From positions 9,505 through 73,504 of the forward strand of contig JBEKCH010000004.1 in assembly GCA_050014975.1 (NCBI GenBank): a DNA stretch of 64,000 nt, read 5' to 3'. The notes under the pieces were generated by a model that saw only the letters and a list, made by a program, of their open reading frames with translations, did no database searches and had not been told where the DNA came from. The position numbers and the translations under genes are program-made. Below are positions 1-9,346 of the stretch, piece after piece. How positions within the stretch are numbered: position 1 is the stretch's first letter; each line of letters begins with the position of its first letter. This DNA is from Candidatus Limnocylindrales bacterium. Lineage in GTDB: Bacteria > Chloroflexota > Limnocylindria > Limnocylindrales > CSP1-4.

Positions 1-1
1 A

Positions 2-1033
2 TTGGAGATTCCAATCTCGCCACGCTCCATGTTGAAGCGACAGGTCGAACGAACGGCGGCCATGGGTTACACCGTCAAGGCCGGCACGGAGTTCGAGTTC
101 TATGTCACTGCCGACACGTTCGAGGAGATGAGCCGCGAAGGCTACCACGAGGTCGAGCGCGTCGGCTATTACAACGAGGACTACCATCTGCTTCAGGCGA
201 CCAAGCTCGAGCCGCTTTATCGGCAGATTCGCAACCAGATGACCGTGGCCCGAATTCCCATCGAATTCAGCAAGGGCGAGGCGGCCCCATCGCAACATGA
301 AGTGAACATTCGATATGACGACGTGCTCGAGTCGGCGGATCGAAGCGTCCTGTTCAAACACGGTGCCAAGGAGATCGCCTGGCTCAACGGCTACGGCCTC
401 ACCTTCATGGCCAAGCCGTACGCGAACTGGACCGGCTCGAGCGGCCATCTCCATATCAGCTTGTGGGACGCGACCGGCCAGCAGCCTCTCTTCTGCGAGG
501 AAGGGGCGCGGCCATACGGCATGAGCCAGACGATGCGCTGGTTCATGGGTGGAATGATGGCCCTCCAGCGGGAGCTGTCTCTATTCATCGCTCCCAACGT
601 GAACTCGTACAAGCGCTACGCCGTGGCCAGCTGGGCCCCGGTCAACGTGGTCTGGGGCCGCGACAACCGCACCACGGGATTCCGAATCGTGGGCCGCGGG
701 TCGAGCCTGCATATCGAGAACCGATTTCCCGGCGGCGACATGAACGCCTACCTGGCCTACGCGGCCGAGGTCGGCGCGGGGCTCTACGGCATCGAGCACA
801 AGATCGAGCCGCCGGCCGAGTACAGGGGCAACGGCTACCTCGCCAAGGGCTGCGATCGGATGCCGCGCGCGCTTTACGAGGCGATCGACCTGTTGGAGAA
901 GAGCAAGGTCGCGGTCGAGATCTTTGGCCAGGACGTCGTGGATCACTACCTCAACGCCGCTCGCGTCGAGCGCGATGCATACGACGCGGCCGTCCACGAT
1001 TGGGACCGTCAGCGATACCTCGAACGCGGCTGA
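2..1033 (+). CDS. Glutamine synthetase-family protein (GlnA / gamma-glutamyl-polyamine synthetase-like), 5' end cut by window edge
   Basis: Catalytic-domain motifs in the translation: GTEFEFYV, KPYANWTGSSGHLHISLWD, NSYKRY, WGRDNRTTGFRIV. TGA stop at 1031-1033. The N-terminal beta-grasp part is missing because the window starts inside the gene. Confidence 0.8.
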   Translation: MEIPISPRSMLKRQVERTAAMGYTVKAGTEFEFYVTADTFEEMSREGYHEVERVGYYNEDYHLLQATKLEPLYRQIRNQMTVARIPIEFSKGEAAPSQHEVNIRYDDVLESADRSVLFKHGAKEIAWLNGYGLTFMAKPYANWTGSSGHLHISLWDATGQQPLFCEEGARPYGMSQTMRWFMGGMMALQRELSLFIAPNVNSYKRYAVASWAPVNVVWGRDNRTTGFRIVGRGSSLHIENRFPGGDMNAYLAYAAEVGAGLYGIEHKIEPPAEYRGNGYLAKGCDRMPRALYEAIDLLEKSKVAVEIFGQDVVDHYLNAARVERDAYDAAVHDWDRQRYLERG

Positions 1034-1073
1034 GAGAGTGGCGTGGGCGCCTGCCGCGACAACCCTGCCGGCA

Positions 1074-1994
1074 TCAGACGCGAGGCGCCAGATACGAGGC
1101 CAGTCCCTCGGCGAGCGGCGTGAGATGACGCGGCAGCGTCGCCAGCAACGGCCCCGAGTCGACCGGCGCGGATCCAACGATGAAGTCGATCGCGTCCGGT
1201 GTCATCGGCGGTGATGGAAGAAGGGTCAACGGCCGCGTCAAGATCTTCATCAGGACGGCCGGCGCGTGAATGATGGCCCGCCTCTTGCGCAGGACGTGCA
1301 GAGCCTCGCGGACGACGGCATCCATCGTCAAGGTCTCGGGCCCGCCCACCTCCAGTGTCACATTCGTCGCGGCCGGCGTGCCCAGCGCGTCGGCGACGAG
1401 CGCGCCGATGTCGTCCACGAAGACCGGGGCAACGAGCTGCCTGCCGTCGCCGATCTGGGGCACAAACGGCAGCCACCGGGCAAAGCCCAGGAATCTGTTG
1501 AGCGAGCGATCGCCCGGCCCATATATCCAGCTCGGACGGAAGATCGTGTAAGCGATGCCGCTGCCGCGGACGGCCTCCTCGGCGCGCCACTTGGCGCGGA
1601 ACCAGTGGCGAGGAGCGTCCGGCGCGGCGCCGGCGCCTGAGATGTAGACGAGGCGGCGGATGCGGGACGCCCGGGCGGCAGCTACCAGCGCTTCGGTCCC
1701 CGCGGCATCAACCCTCTCGAAGGTCTGGCCGCGGCGGGGCGCCTCGACCGGCGAGTTGCGGAAGGCCAGGCAGATGACCAGCGTCTCGACGCCTGCCAGC
1801 GCGTCGGGCAGGCCGTCGGGTCGGGTGACGTCGGCCCGGCGGAATTCGATCGACTGGCCGGTCGTCGCGACCGGAGGCCTGTGCGACAGCACGACCAGGC
1901 GATTGCCTCGGGCCGCGAGCTCGCGCGCGATCGCGCCCCCGACGAAGCCGGTGCCGCCGGCGACCGCAACGACCGACCTGTTCGATATCTCCAC
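1074..1994 (-). CDS. NAD(P)H-binding atypical SDR (NmrA / NDUFA9-like)
   Basis: Rossmann motif VAVAGGTGFVGGAIARELAARG close to the N-terminus. I place the start at GTG 1994, preceded by GGAGG (ggaggcgacGTG), rather than at the track start 2138. Confidence 0.7.
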   Translation of the reverse strand: MEISNRSVVAVAGGTGFVGGAIARELAARGNRLVVLSHRPPVATTGQSIEFRRADVTRPDGLPDALAGVETLVICLAFRNSPVEAPRRGQTFERVDAAGTEALVAAARASRIRRLVYISGAGAAPDAPRHWFRAKWRAEEAVRGSGIAYTIFRPSWIYGPGDRSLNRFLGFARWLPFVPQIGDGRQLVAPVFVDDIGALVADALGTPAATNVTLEVGGPETLTMDAVVREALHVLRKRRAIIHAPAVLMKILTRPLTLLPSPPMTPDAIDFIVGSAPVDSGPLLATLPRHLTPLAEGLASYLAPRV

Positions 1995-2167
1995 GTCGCC
2001 TCCGGGATGGCTTGCCTGCCGTGAGGATAGACCCGGCGAACCGGGGCGCGCCTGCGTCTCAATCCGCAGGTAAGCTTGCCTCAGCGGCGGTTCAGAACTC
2101 CGCCGCCAGATACGCTCGATGGCCAAAGGCCACACCACGGAGCCTCAGCGGGCCAGGAGACGAGGGC

Positions 2168-2935
2168 ATGCGACTCGAGGGCAAGGTTTCGATCATCACG
2201 GGCGCGGGCAGCGGCATGGGGCGCGTGGCCGCCCTCCGTTTCGCCGCCGAGGGTTCGCGCGTGATCGTCGCCGACAACCAAGGCGAGGCCGCCCAGGAGA
2301 CCGTCCGCCAGATTCGCGCGGGCGGCGGAGAGTCGTGCGCGGCCCGGGCCGATGTGTCGGTCGAGGCCGACGCGAAGGCGATAGTGGACCTGGCGATCGC
2401 CCGCTACGGTCAGATCGACGTCCTGTACAACAACGCCGGGATCATGCCCGAGGCGGACCATTCGGTCGTGGACACACCCGTCGAGGCCTGGGACCTGGTC
2501 ATGGCGGTCAACGTCCGGGGCGTCTACCTCGCCTGCAAGTACGCCATCCCCCACATGATCGAGCGTCAGCGTGGCTCGATCATCAACGTTTCGAGCTTCG
2601 TAGCCCTGCTGGGCTGCTCGGTACCGCAGGACGCTTACACTGCGTCTAAAGGAGCCGTCCTGGCGCTGACCCGCTCGCTGGCCGTCCAGTTCGCGCCCAA
2701 GGGAATCCGAACCAACGCCATCCTGCCGGGCCCGGTCGAGACGCCCCTGCTGATGGACTGGCTGCTCAAAGATGAAGCCGCCCGAAAGCTCCGACTTGCC
2801 CGCAACCCGACCGGACGCTTCGGCAAGGCGGACGAGATTGCGGCCTTGGCGGTCTATCTCGCGTCCGACGAATCGGCCTGGACCAACGGGGCCTCGATGG
2901 TCATCGACGGCGGCATCAGCGTCAACTACTTCTAG
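2168..2935 (+). CDS. Classical short-chain dehydrogenase/reductase (3-oxoacyl-ACP reductase-like)
   Basis: MRLEGKVSIITGAGSGMGR glycine motif, NNAG, YTASKGAV catalytic Y-x3-K, PGPVETP. ATG at 2168 lies inside the longer track ORF 2012-2935. Confidence 0.85.
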   Translation: MRLEGKVSIITGAGSGMGRVAALRFAAEGSRVIVADNQGEAAQETVRQIRAGGGESCAARADVSVEADAKAIVDLAIARYGQIDVLYNNAGIMPEADHSVVDTPVEAWDLVMAVNVRGVYLACKYAIPHMIERQRGSIINVSSFVALLGCSVPQDAYTASKGAVLALTRSLAVQFAPKGIRTNAILPGPVETPLLMDWLLKDEAARKLRLARNPTGRFGKADEIAALAVYLASDESAWTNGASMVIDGGISVNYF

Positions 2936-3008
2936 AACTGACCGAAGCCACACGATCTCGAAAACGACCGAACAAGTGAACAACAGGGGCCCGATTGAGG
3001 AACAGACC

Positions 3009-3920
3009 ATGACCGACCGTCCGGCGAGCAACCGCCCGGCGAACGAGACCCGAACCGGCGGACCCGCGACCGTCGGTACCAAGCCGGGTGACGTGCAGCC
3101 GGCCGACGTCCGGCCCGCCGACGCCGCCATAGGCATCGACTTCGGTGGCAGCGGCATAAAGGGCGCCGTGGTCGATGTCCGGACCGGCCAGCTGGTGGGC
3201 AATCGACTGCGCATACCGACGCCCCAGCCCTCGGTGCCGCGCGAGGTCGTCGCGGTCATGGATGAGCTGGTACAGCGGCTCGTCGCTCCCTGGGATCCGC
3301 GCCACGCGGACGCCTTCCCGGTGGGCGTGGGCCTGCCCTCGGCCATCCGTAACGGCGTGACGCTGACGGCCGCGAACATCGACCCGGCCTGGATCGGCTT
3401 TTCGGCCGAGCGGGAACTGGGGCTGGCAATGGGCCGGACCGTGGCCGCAGGCAACGACGCCGACGTGGCCGGGCTGGCCGAGATCCGTTTCGGCGCGGGG
3501 CGCCGCCAGCCGGGCCTGGTCTTCGTGCTGACCATCGGGACCGGCATCGGGTCGGCGTTGTTCATCGATGGCCGCCTGGTGCCAAACACGGAGCTCGGCC
3601 ATCTCCAGCTGAAGGGCCACGACGCGGAGGAGCAGGCGGCCGAATCGGCGCGCGAGCGGCTGGGGCTCGGCTGGGCGGCCTGGGCGGCCGGGCTCGACGA
3701 CTACCTCCACGAGCTGGAGCGGCTCTTCTGGCCCGACCTGTTCATCCTGGGCGGCGGCGCCTCCAAGCGCGCCGACAACTACCTGCCGTTCCTGACGGTC
3801 AAGACGCCGATCGCCCTGGCCACCTTCCGGAACAACGCCGGAATCGTCGGCGCGGCGCTGGTGGCCCATGAGCGGCGGTCCCGCGCCGCCGTCGCCGCGG
3901 CCGGCGAGCCGATCGTCTGA
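3009..3920 (+). CDS. ppgK: Polyphosphate glucokinase (ROK family)
   Basis: IGIDFGGSGIKGAVVD ATP/polyP-binding N-terminus, NDADVAG, TIGTGIGSALF, ELGHL. The overall pattern matches actinobacterial PpgK. ATG at 3009 (MTDRPASN). Confidence 0.8.
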   Translation: MTDRPASNRPANETRTGGPATVGTKPGDVQPADVRPADAAIGIDFGGSGIKGAVVDVRTGQLVGNRLRIPTPQPSVPREVVAVMDELVQRLVAPWDPRHADAFPVGVGLPSAIRNGVTLTAANIDPAWIGFSAERELGLAMGRTVAAGNDADVAGLAEIRFGAGRRQPGLVFVLTIGTGIGSALFIDGRLVPNTELGHLQLKGHDAEEQAAESARERLGLGWAAWAAGLDDYLHELERLFWPDLFILGGGASKRADNYLPFLTVKTPIALATFRNNAGIVGAALVAHERRSRAAVAAAGEPIV

Positions 3921-3999
3921 GGACGCGCGCGGCCCATTGAGCCGGGCAGCCCGCCGCCGGACAAGGTCTGCCTGGCGGCCGTCCGCCTGCGGACGTGTC

Positions 4000-4497
4000 C
4001 TAGGGCTTTCTCCTCAGGGCCTTGTTGATCTGCGTCCAGGCCCAGCGGTAGTGGTTCGGGCCGCACTCGTAGACGAAGTCGGCCAGCGTGCCCCGGCCGG
4101 TCCACGTGTAGCGGCCGGGGGTGAACAGGTCGGCCTCGGAGATCGAGTCGGTCATGGAGGTCAGCCGCCGTGACGTGTCCCGCCAGTCTGCGAAGACCTG
4201 CCCCCACGGTTCGTCTCGGCGCTGCTCGAAGATGCGGTCGTTGAGCTGGGCCATCGTCGCCCAGGTGTACCCCTCGGCGGGCACTGCCGGCTCTTCGCCG
4301 CGCCACCCGGCGTCGTGCCAGCCCAGGAACATCCGCTCCCACTCGGCCAGATGAGCCACGATGTCCTTCGCGGACCAGCCGTTCGGGCCCGGCCGCATCA
4401 GCTGGTCGGGAGTGAGAGTGCCCGGCATCGCCAGCAACATGTCCCGCTCGTTGCGGGCGTCGGCCAGCAGTCCCGCTTTGGTCCTCGGTCTGGCCAT
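4000..4497 (-). CDS. ClbS/DfsB (DUF1706)-like or DinB-like four-helix-bundle protein
   Basis: 165-aa product starting [53 protein letters not shown] and a C-terminal ...[15 protein letters not shown] resemble DUF1706. Family assignment is from memory only. Confidence 0.5.
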   Translation of the reverse strand: MARPRTKAGLLADARNERDMLLAMPGTLTPDQLMRPGPNGWSAKDIVAHLAEWERMFLGWHDAGWRGEEPAVPAEGYTWATMAQLNDRIFEQRRDEPWGQVFADWRDTSRRLTSMTDSISEADLFTPGRYTWTGRGTLADFVYECGPNHYRWAWTQINKALRRKP

Positions 4498-4603
4498 CGA
4501 TCCTCCGTCGTATCCGTCGCCTCGTGCGCCGGTCGTGCACGCCTGTGTGGGTCCAGGCCGCCCCCAGGCCCGGGCGCGCGCCTGACCGGGCCATACGCCC
4601 GGG

Positions 4604-5680
4604 CTACGCCCTGGCCGGCGCCTCGCGCAGCTCGCGCAGCCGGGCCACGCTTCCTGAAACCACGAGCGTCTCGCCGGCCTTGAGGGCGCGGCCGGCCGAT
4701 GGGTTAGCCTCGTAGCTGCGCTCGCCCTGGACGATCGCCAGCACGAAGACACCCGATTCGCGGAGCGCGCCCACGGTGAGCCCCTCTACGGAGCTGCCCG
4801 GACCGACCTCCACCTCCTCCATCGAGAAGGCGAGCTCGCCATGAGAAAGCGCCGCGTCGATGAAGTCGACTACGCGCGGCCGAACCGCCAGCTCGGCCAG
4901 CCGGTGGCCGGCCATGGTGTACGGCGAGACGACCCGGTCGGCGCCAGCCTGCATCAGTCGAGCCTCGGAGTCGGCCGCGTTGGCCCGAGCGACGACGAAG
5001 AGCTTGGGGTTGATGGCCCGGGCCGAGAGAATGACGTAGACGTTGTGGGCGTCCGAGTCGATCGTCGTGATCAGCCCGCGTGCCCGTTCGATCCCGGCCG
5101 CTCGCAGGGTCGCCTCCTCGGTTGCGTCGCCTTCGACCTCCAGGAAGCCTTCGCGGCGCGCTCGAGCGAGGGACTCGGGCAGGATGTCGACGACCACGAC
5201 CTTCAGGCCGGAATGAACCAGCTCCCGGGCGACGGTCAAGCCGACCCGGCCGTAGCCGCACAGGATGTAGTGGCCCGATAGCTTGCCGACAGCCTCGATC
5301 ATTCGCCTGGCCTCCCGCCGTCCGCTGGTCGCCTCCACCACAAGGTACTCGGCCACGATCCCGACCGTGCCGAAGATGAGCCCGACGCCCACGAGCGATA
5401 GGACCATCGTCCACACCCGCCCGGCGTCGGTGAGCGGCTGAACCTCCCGGAAGCCGACGGTGGTGAGGGTGATGACGGTCATGTAAAGAGCGTCGAGCGG
5501 TCGCCAGCCGGGCTCCAGGATGAGGTAGCCGGCGGTCCCGACGACGATGCAGCCCACGATCACGGCCAGCCAGATTCGGATGTGAGTACCGGTGATGACC
5601 GTCGGTTGCGCAGTCGGCCGCGACGCTCCGGAGAGGGCCGTCGCAGGCGGCGGGGGCGAAGGCTGCGGTTTGCCCGTCAT
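4604..5680 (-). CDS. Two-TM pore K+-channel-like protein fused to an RCK (TrkA-N/TrkA-C) domain
   Basis: Pore segment [16 protein letters not shown] between two hydrophobic helices, then [18 protein letters not shown] (Rossmann, TrkA-N) and a TrkA-C-like tail. ATG at 5680 (MTGKPQPS). The upstream part of track ORF 4604-6304 looks non-coding. Confidence 0.75.
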   Translation of the reverse strand: MTGKPQPSPPPPATALSGASRPTAQPTVITGTHIRIWLAVIVGCIVVGTAGYLILEPGWRPLDALYMTVITLTTVGFREVQPLTDAGRVWTMVLSLVGVGLIFGTVGIVAEYLVVEATSGRREARRMIEAVGKLSGHYILCGYGRVGLTVARELVHSGLKVVVVDILPESLARARREGFLEVEGDATEEATLRAAGIERARGLITTIDSDAHNVYVILSARAINPKLFVVARANAADSEARLMQAGADRVVSPYTMAGHRLAELAVRPRVVDFIDAALSHGELAFSMEEVEVGPGSSVEGLTVGALRESGVFVLAIVQGERSYEANPSAGRALKAGETLVVSGSVARLRELREAPARA

Positions 5681-5978
5681 GGCTGCCGCAAGCTGCGGGT
5701 CATCGGTCGGGTCGCAATAGGGCCGCCATCGGTGCCTCCCGTCGGGCTCGGCATGTCGCGGCGATTCTAGCCGCGGGCAACATGGCCGAGGGCCCCCTTC
5801 GTGCGTCCTCCAGGCGGCGGGTGTCACCTCCGGGCGGCCGGCGTCATTCGCGCGGCTTTCGGAGGCGGCCGCGGGCCACGCCGCCGGCGCGCCGTATGAT
5901 CCGAGCCAGCAGCGGCCGCGGCGCGTCCGCCCGCCGACCGCCCACACCACAGCGAAACCGCTTGCCCGAGGTGCCGCG

Positions 5979-7460
5979 ATGACCGCCCAACCGCCCGCCA
6001 GCCCCGCCAGCTCAGCCGCCCCGGCGCTCAAGATGGTGATCGGTGGCGAGCACGTCGGGGCGGCGGACGGCCGAACCTTCGACGTCGTCAGCCCCGTGGA
6101 CGGCCAGGTGGTCGCCAGCGTTCCCAGGGGCGGCGCGGTGGACGTGGATCGGGCCGTGGCAGCGGCCCAGCGCGCCTTCGACGGCGAGTGGCGGACGTGG
6201 AGCCAGACCCGCCGCGGCCAGACTCTGGCCCGCTTCGCCGCCCTGATCCGCGACCACCTCGAGGAGCTGGCCCGGCTCGAGTCCCGCAACATGGGCAAGC
6301 CCATCTCCTCGGCTCGCTGGGAGGTAGGCGCCGTCGCGAACGTGATGGAGTACTACGGCGGCGCGGCGAACAAGCTCATGGGCGAGACGATCCCCGTCTC
6401 CAAGCCCGGTTTCGACTTTACCCTGCGCGAGCCTATCGGCGTCGTCGGCCTGATCGTGCCCTGGAACTTCCCGCTCATGCTGGCCAGCTGGAAGATCGGC
6501 CCGGCCCTGGCCGCGGGCAACACGGCCATCCTCAAGCCCGCCAGCTACACGCCTTTGACGGCGATTCGCGCCGCCGAGCTGGCCCTGGAGGCGGGCTTCC
6601 CGGCCGGCGTGCTCAACGTGGTCACCGGTCCGGGCGGCACGGCGGGCGCGGCCATCGCCGCCCACCCCGGCATCGGCAAGGTCGCCTTCACCGGCGAAAC
6701 CGCCACGGGGCAGGAGATCATGCGGGCAGCCGCGGGCAACATCAAGAAGGTCAGCCTGGAGCTGGGCGGCAAGAGCCCCAACGTCGTCTTCGCCGACGCG
6801 GACATCGAGCGCTTCGCCGCGGAGTCTCCTTACTCCGTCTTCGACAACTGCGGCCAGGACTGCTGCGCTCGCTCCCGCATCATCGTCGAGCGCTCCGTCC
6901 ACGACAGGGTGGTCGAACTGTTCGCCGCGGCCACTCTCAAGGTCAAGGTCGGCGACCCCGACGACCCGGCCACCGAGGTCGGCACGATGGTCAGCTTCCG
7001 CCAGCGGGAAACCGTCCTCGACTACGTTCGAATCGGCCGAGAGGAGGGCGCCAACCTCGTCGTCGGCGGCGGCATCCCGACCGAACCGGCGCTCGCCCGG
7101 GGCGCCTACGTCCAGCCGACCGTCCTCGATCGCGTGACCTCACGGATGCGCATCGCCCAGGAGGAGGTCTTCGGCCCCGTTGTCGTGGTCATACCTTTCG
7201 ACACCGAGGAGGAGGCGATCAGGCTGGCCAACGACACTCCCTACGGTCTCTCGGGCTCGATCTGGACGCGCGACATCGGCAAGGCCATTCGGACGGTAAA
7301 GGGCATCCGGTCGGGCGTGATCTCGGTAAACTGCAACTCGAGCGTCCACGCTGAGGCGCCGTTTGGCGGCTACAAGATGTCAGGCCTGGGCCGCGAGAAC
7401 GGGATGCACGCGTTCGACTCCTACACGCAGCTCAAGAACGTCTACGTGGACCTGACCTAG
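5979..7460 (+). CDS. NAD(P)+-dependent aldehyde dehydrogenase
   Basis: Full-length ALDH pattern: VPWNFPL, KPASYTPLT, FTGETATG, LELGGKSP, catalytic-Cys region NCGQDCCA, EEVFGPV, PFGGYKMSG. Confidence 0.9.
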   Translation: MTAQPPASPASSAAPALKMVIGGEHVGAADGRTFDVVSPVDGQVVASVPRGGAVDVDRAVAAAQRAFDGEWRTWSQTRRGQTLARFAALIRDHLEELARLESRNMGKPISSARWEVGAVANVMEYYGGAANKLMGETIPVSKPGFDFTLREPIGVVGLIVPWNFPLMLASWKIGPALAAGNTAILKPASYTPLTAIRAAELALEAGFPAGVLNVVTGPGGTAGAAIAAHPGIGKVAFTGETATGQEIMRAAAGNIKKVSLELGGKSPNVVFADADIERFAAESPYSVFDNCGQDCCARSRIIVERSVHDRVVELFAAATLKVKVGDPDDPATEVGTMVSFRQRETVLDYVRIGREEGANLVVGGGIPTEPALARGAYVQPTVLDRVTSRMRIAQEEVFGPVVVVIPFDTEEEAIRLANDTPYGLSGSIWTRDIGKAIRTVKGIRSGVISVNCNSSVHAEAPFGGYKMSGLGRENGMHAFDSYTQLKNVYVDLT

Positions 7461-7493
7461 ACCGGCATCGGGGGGTCGGAGGCAGTTCACGCC

Positions 7494-9143
7494 ATGACTG
7501 AAAGTCAGAATCCGGTGGCGGGGTTCTGCCCGTTCTGCGGAGCGCGGCTGCTCTCTGGCGGCCAGACCAGTTGCGGGTCGTGCGGGCACCAGCTCACGAA
7601 CGAACCGGCCCCTCAGGCATCCAGTCCGGCCCCAGAGGCCACCACACCGCCGGCCTGGGCGCCGCCCCCGCCGCCTCCTGAGGCCACCACACCGCCGGCC
7701 TGGGCGCCGCCCCCGCCGCCCGCGACACCAACCTCTGTCCAGCCCCCCGCCTGGGCGCCGCCCACATATCCACCGGCGTCGACGCCGCAGGCCACACCCC
7801 CAGGATGGCCTCCGAGCCAGCCGACGACGACCCCGGCCTGGGCCCAGTCCCAGCCTCCAGCGTCTCCGCCGGCCGTCCCCGCCGCCGGCAGCTCCACCCG
7901 GCGGCCGATCCTGGCGGGCCTGGCGGTCGTCGGCCTGGTGGTCGTCATCGGCGCGGGTCTCGTCGCCGCCGGCGTGCTGCCGCCATCGTCCGGGACCTCG
8001 TCGAAACCAAGCGCCGTGGCCGCCGCGAGCCAGACGCCGGTTCCGATCGCAACTCCCACGCCGATCCCGATCGCTACCCCTACTCCGACGCCGGCCCCGG
8101 TGTTCGCCTTGACAGGCGTGATGAGGCATGCCCGGTCGGCGGCAACCGCGACAGTGCTCCAGGACGGCCGCGTTCTCATCGCGGGAGGCTGGGTCAGCGA
8201 GGACAAGGCAACCAACACGGCCGAAATCTACGACCCGGTGACAGGCACCTTCAGCCCAACCGGCTCGATGCACTCCGCGCGGGCCTGGCAAGACGCGACG
8301 TTGCTGGCGGACGGCCGTGTCCTGATCACGGGCGGCTCCGATGGCCAGTATCGGGTCGCCTCGGCGGAACTGTACAGCCCCACCACCGGTCGCTTCACGG
8401 TGACCGGCTCGATGCTGGCCTCGCGGGTGGAACACACGTCGACTCTGCTCCCCGACGGCCGCGTCCTGATCACGGGCGGCTACAACAAGGGCGCACGCCT
8501 CGCCACGGCCGAGATCTACAGCCCGTCGACCGGCAAGTTCACCAAGACCGGCTCCATGTCGTCCGGACGAGGTGGCCACGTTGCGGTGCTGCTCTCGGAC
8601 GGCCAGGTCCTCGTCGCGGGCGGCGACAACAACGACAAGGCGCTCGCCGCGGCCGAGATCTACAACCCGTCGACCGGCAAGTTCACCAAGACCGGCTCCC
8701 TGTCCGACGCGCGCCAGTATGCCGCCGCCGTCCCTCTGTCCGACGGCCGCGTCCTGGTAGCCGGCGGCACCGACTCGAACTACGTGTCGTTGGACTCGGC
8801 CGAGATCTACGACCCCATGACCGGCACTTTCGCTGAAACCGGAGGAATGACCTCACCGCGCGCCGACTTCACGGCGTCAGTCCTCCCGGACGGCTCGGTC
8901 CTTGTCGCCGGGGGCAGCACGGGCGACACCGTCCTGGATTCGGCGGAAGCGTTCGATCCGGCCACCGGCACGTTCACTGCCATCGAGTCGTTGGTCCAGG
9001 CCCGAGAGGACGCCGCGGCGGTCGTGCTGCCGGACGGACGCGTTCTCGTGGTTGGGGGCGACGATGGCTCGGCCGCCCTCAATTCGGCGGAGATCTACGG
9101 CCCGGGCTCCGCCAACCCGGGTCAGACACCCGGCTCTCTCTAG
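7494..9143 (+). CDS. Membrane-anchored protein: N-terminal zinc ribbon, Pro-rich region, one TM helix, PT linker, seven Kelch-type repeats
   Basis: CPFCGARLL..CGSCGH zinc ribbon. TM helix ILAGLAVVGLVVVIGAGLVAAGVL. Seven repeats of about 48 aa, each with DG(R/S/Q)VL(I/V)xGG ... AE(I/L)Y(D/S/N)PxTGxF. SD ggagg upstream of ATG 7494. Confidence 0.75.
   Translation: MTESQNPVAGFCPFCGARLLSGGQTSCGSCGHQLTNEPAPQASSPAPEATTPPAWAPPPPPPEATTPPAWAPPPPPATPTSVQPPAWAPPTYPPASTPQATPPGWPPSQPTTTPAWAQSQPPASPPAVPAAGSSTRRPILAGLAVVGLVVVIGAGLVAAGVLPPSSGTSSKPSAVAAASQTPVPIATPTPIPIATPTPTPAPVFALTGVMRHARSAATATVLQDGRVLIAGGWVSEDKATNTAEIYDPVTGTFSPTGSMHSARAWQDATLLADGRVLITGGSDGQYRVASAELYSPTTGRFTVTGSMLASRVEHTSTLLPDGRVLITGGYNKGARLATAEIYSPSTGKFTKTGSMSSGRGGHVAVLLSDGQVLVAGGDNNDKALAAAEIYNPSTGKFTKTGSLSDARQYAAAVPLSDGRVLVAGGTDSNYVSLDSAEIYDPMTGTFAETGGMTSPRADFTASVLPDGSVLVAGGSTGDTVLDSAEAFDPATGTFTAIESLVQAREDAAAVVLPDGRVLVVGGDDGSAALNSAEIYGPGSANPGQTPGSL
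7635..7720 (+). repeat. Direct tandem repeat, identical 41-nt unit at 45-nt period (2 copies), inside the Kelch-protein gene
   Basis: gaggccaccacaccgccggcctgggcgccgcccccgccgcc occurs at 7635-7675 and 7680-7720. It encodes EATTPPAWAPPPPPP twice. Confidence 0.85.
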
Positions 9144-9346
9144 CCTGGCAGAGGAGCGAGCCTCGTACGACGGCGGAGTCGTCGCACGGATGCGCGGTAA
9201 GGCGGGGCCCGGTTCACAGCTGACCTCCCAAGACCGATCCAGACCGCCGCTTGTCCCGCCGGGCTTCATTACCATCGTCCCATTGCGACATGTCACCACT
9301 GGGGGAGACTTGTGGCCGCATCCCAGGAACGTAGAGGTGCGGCCAC

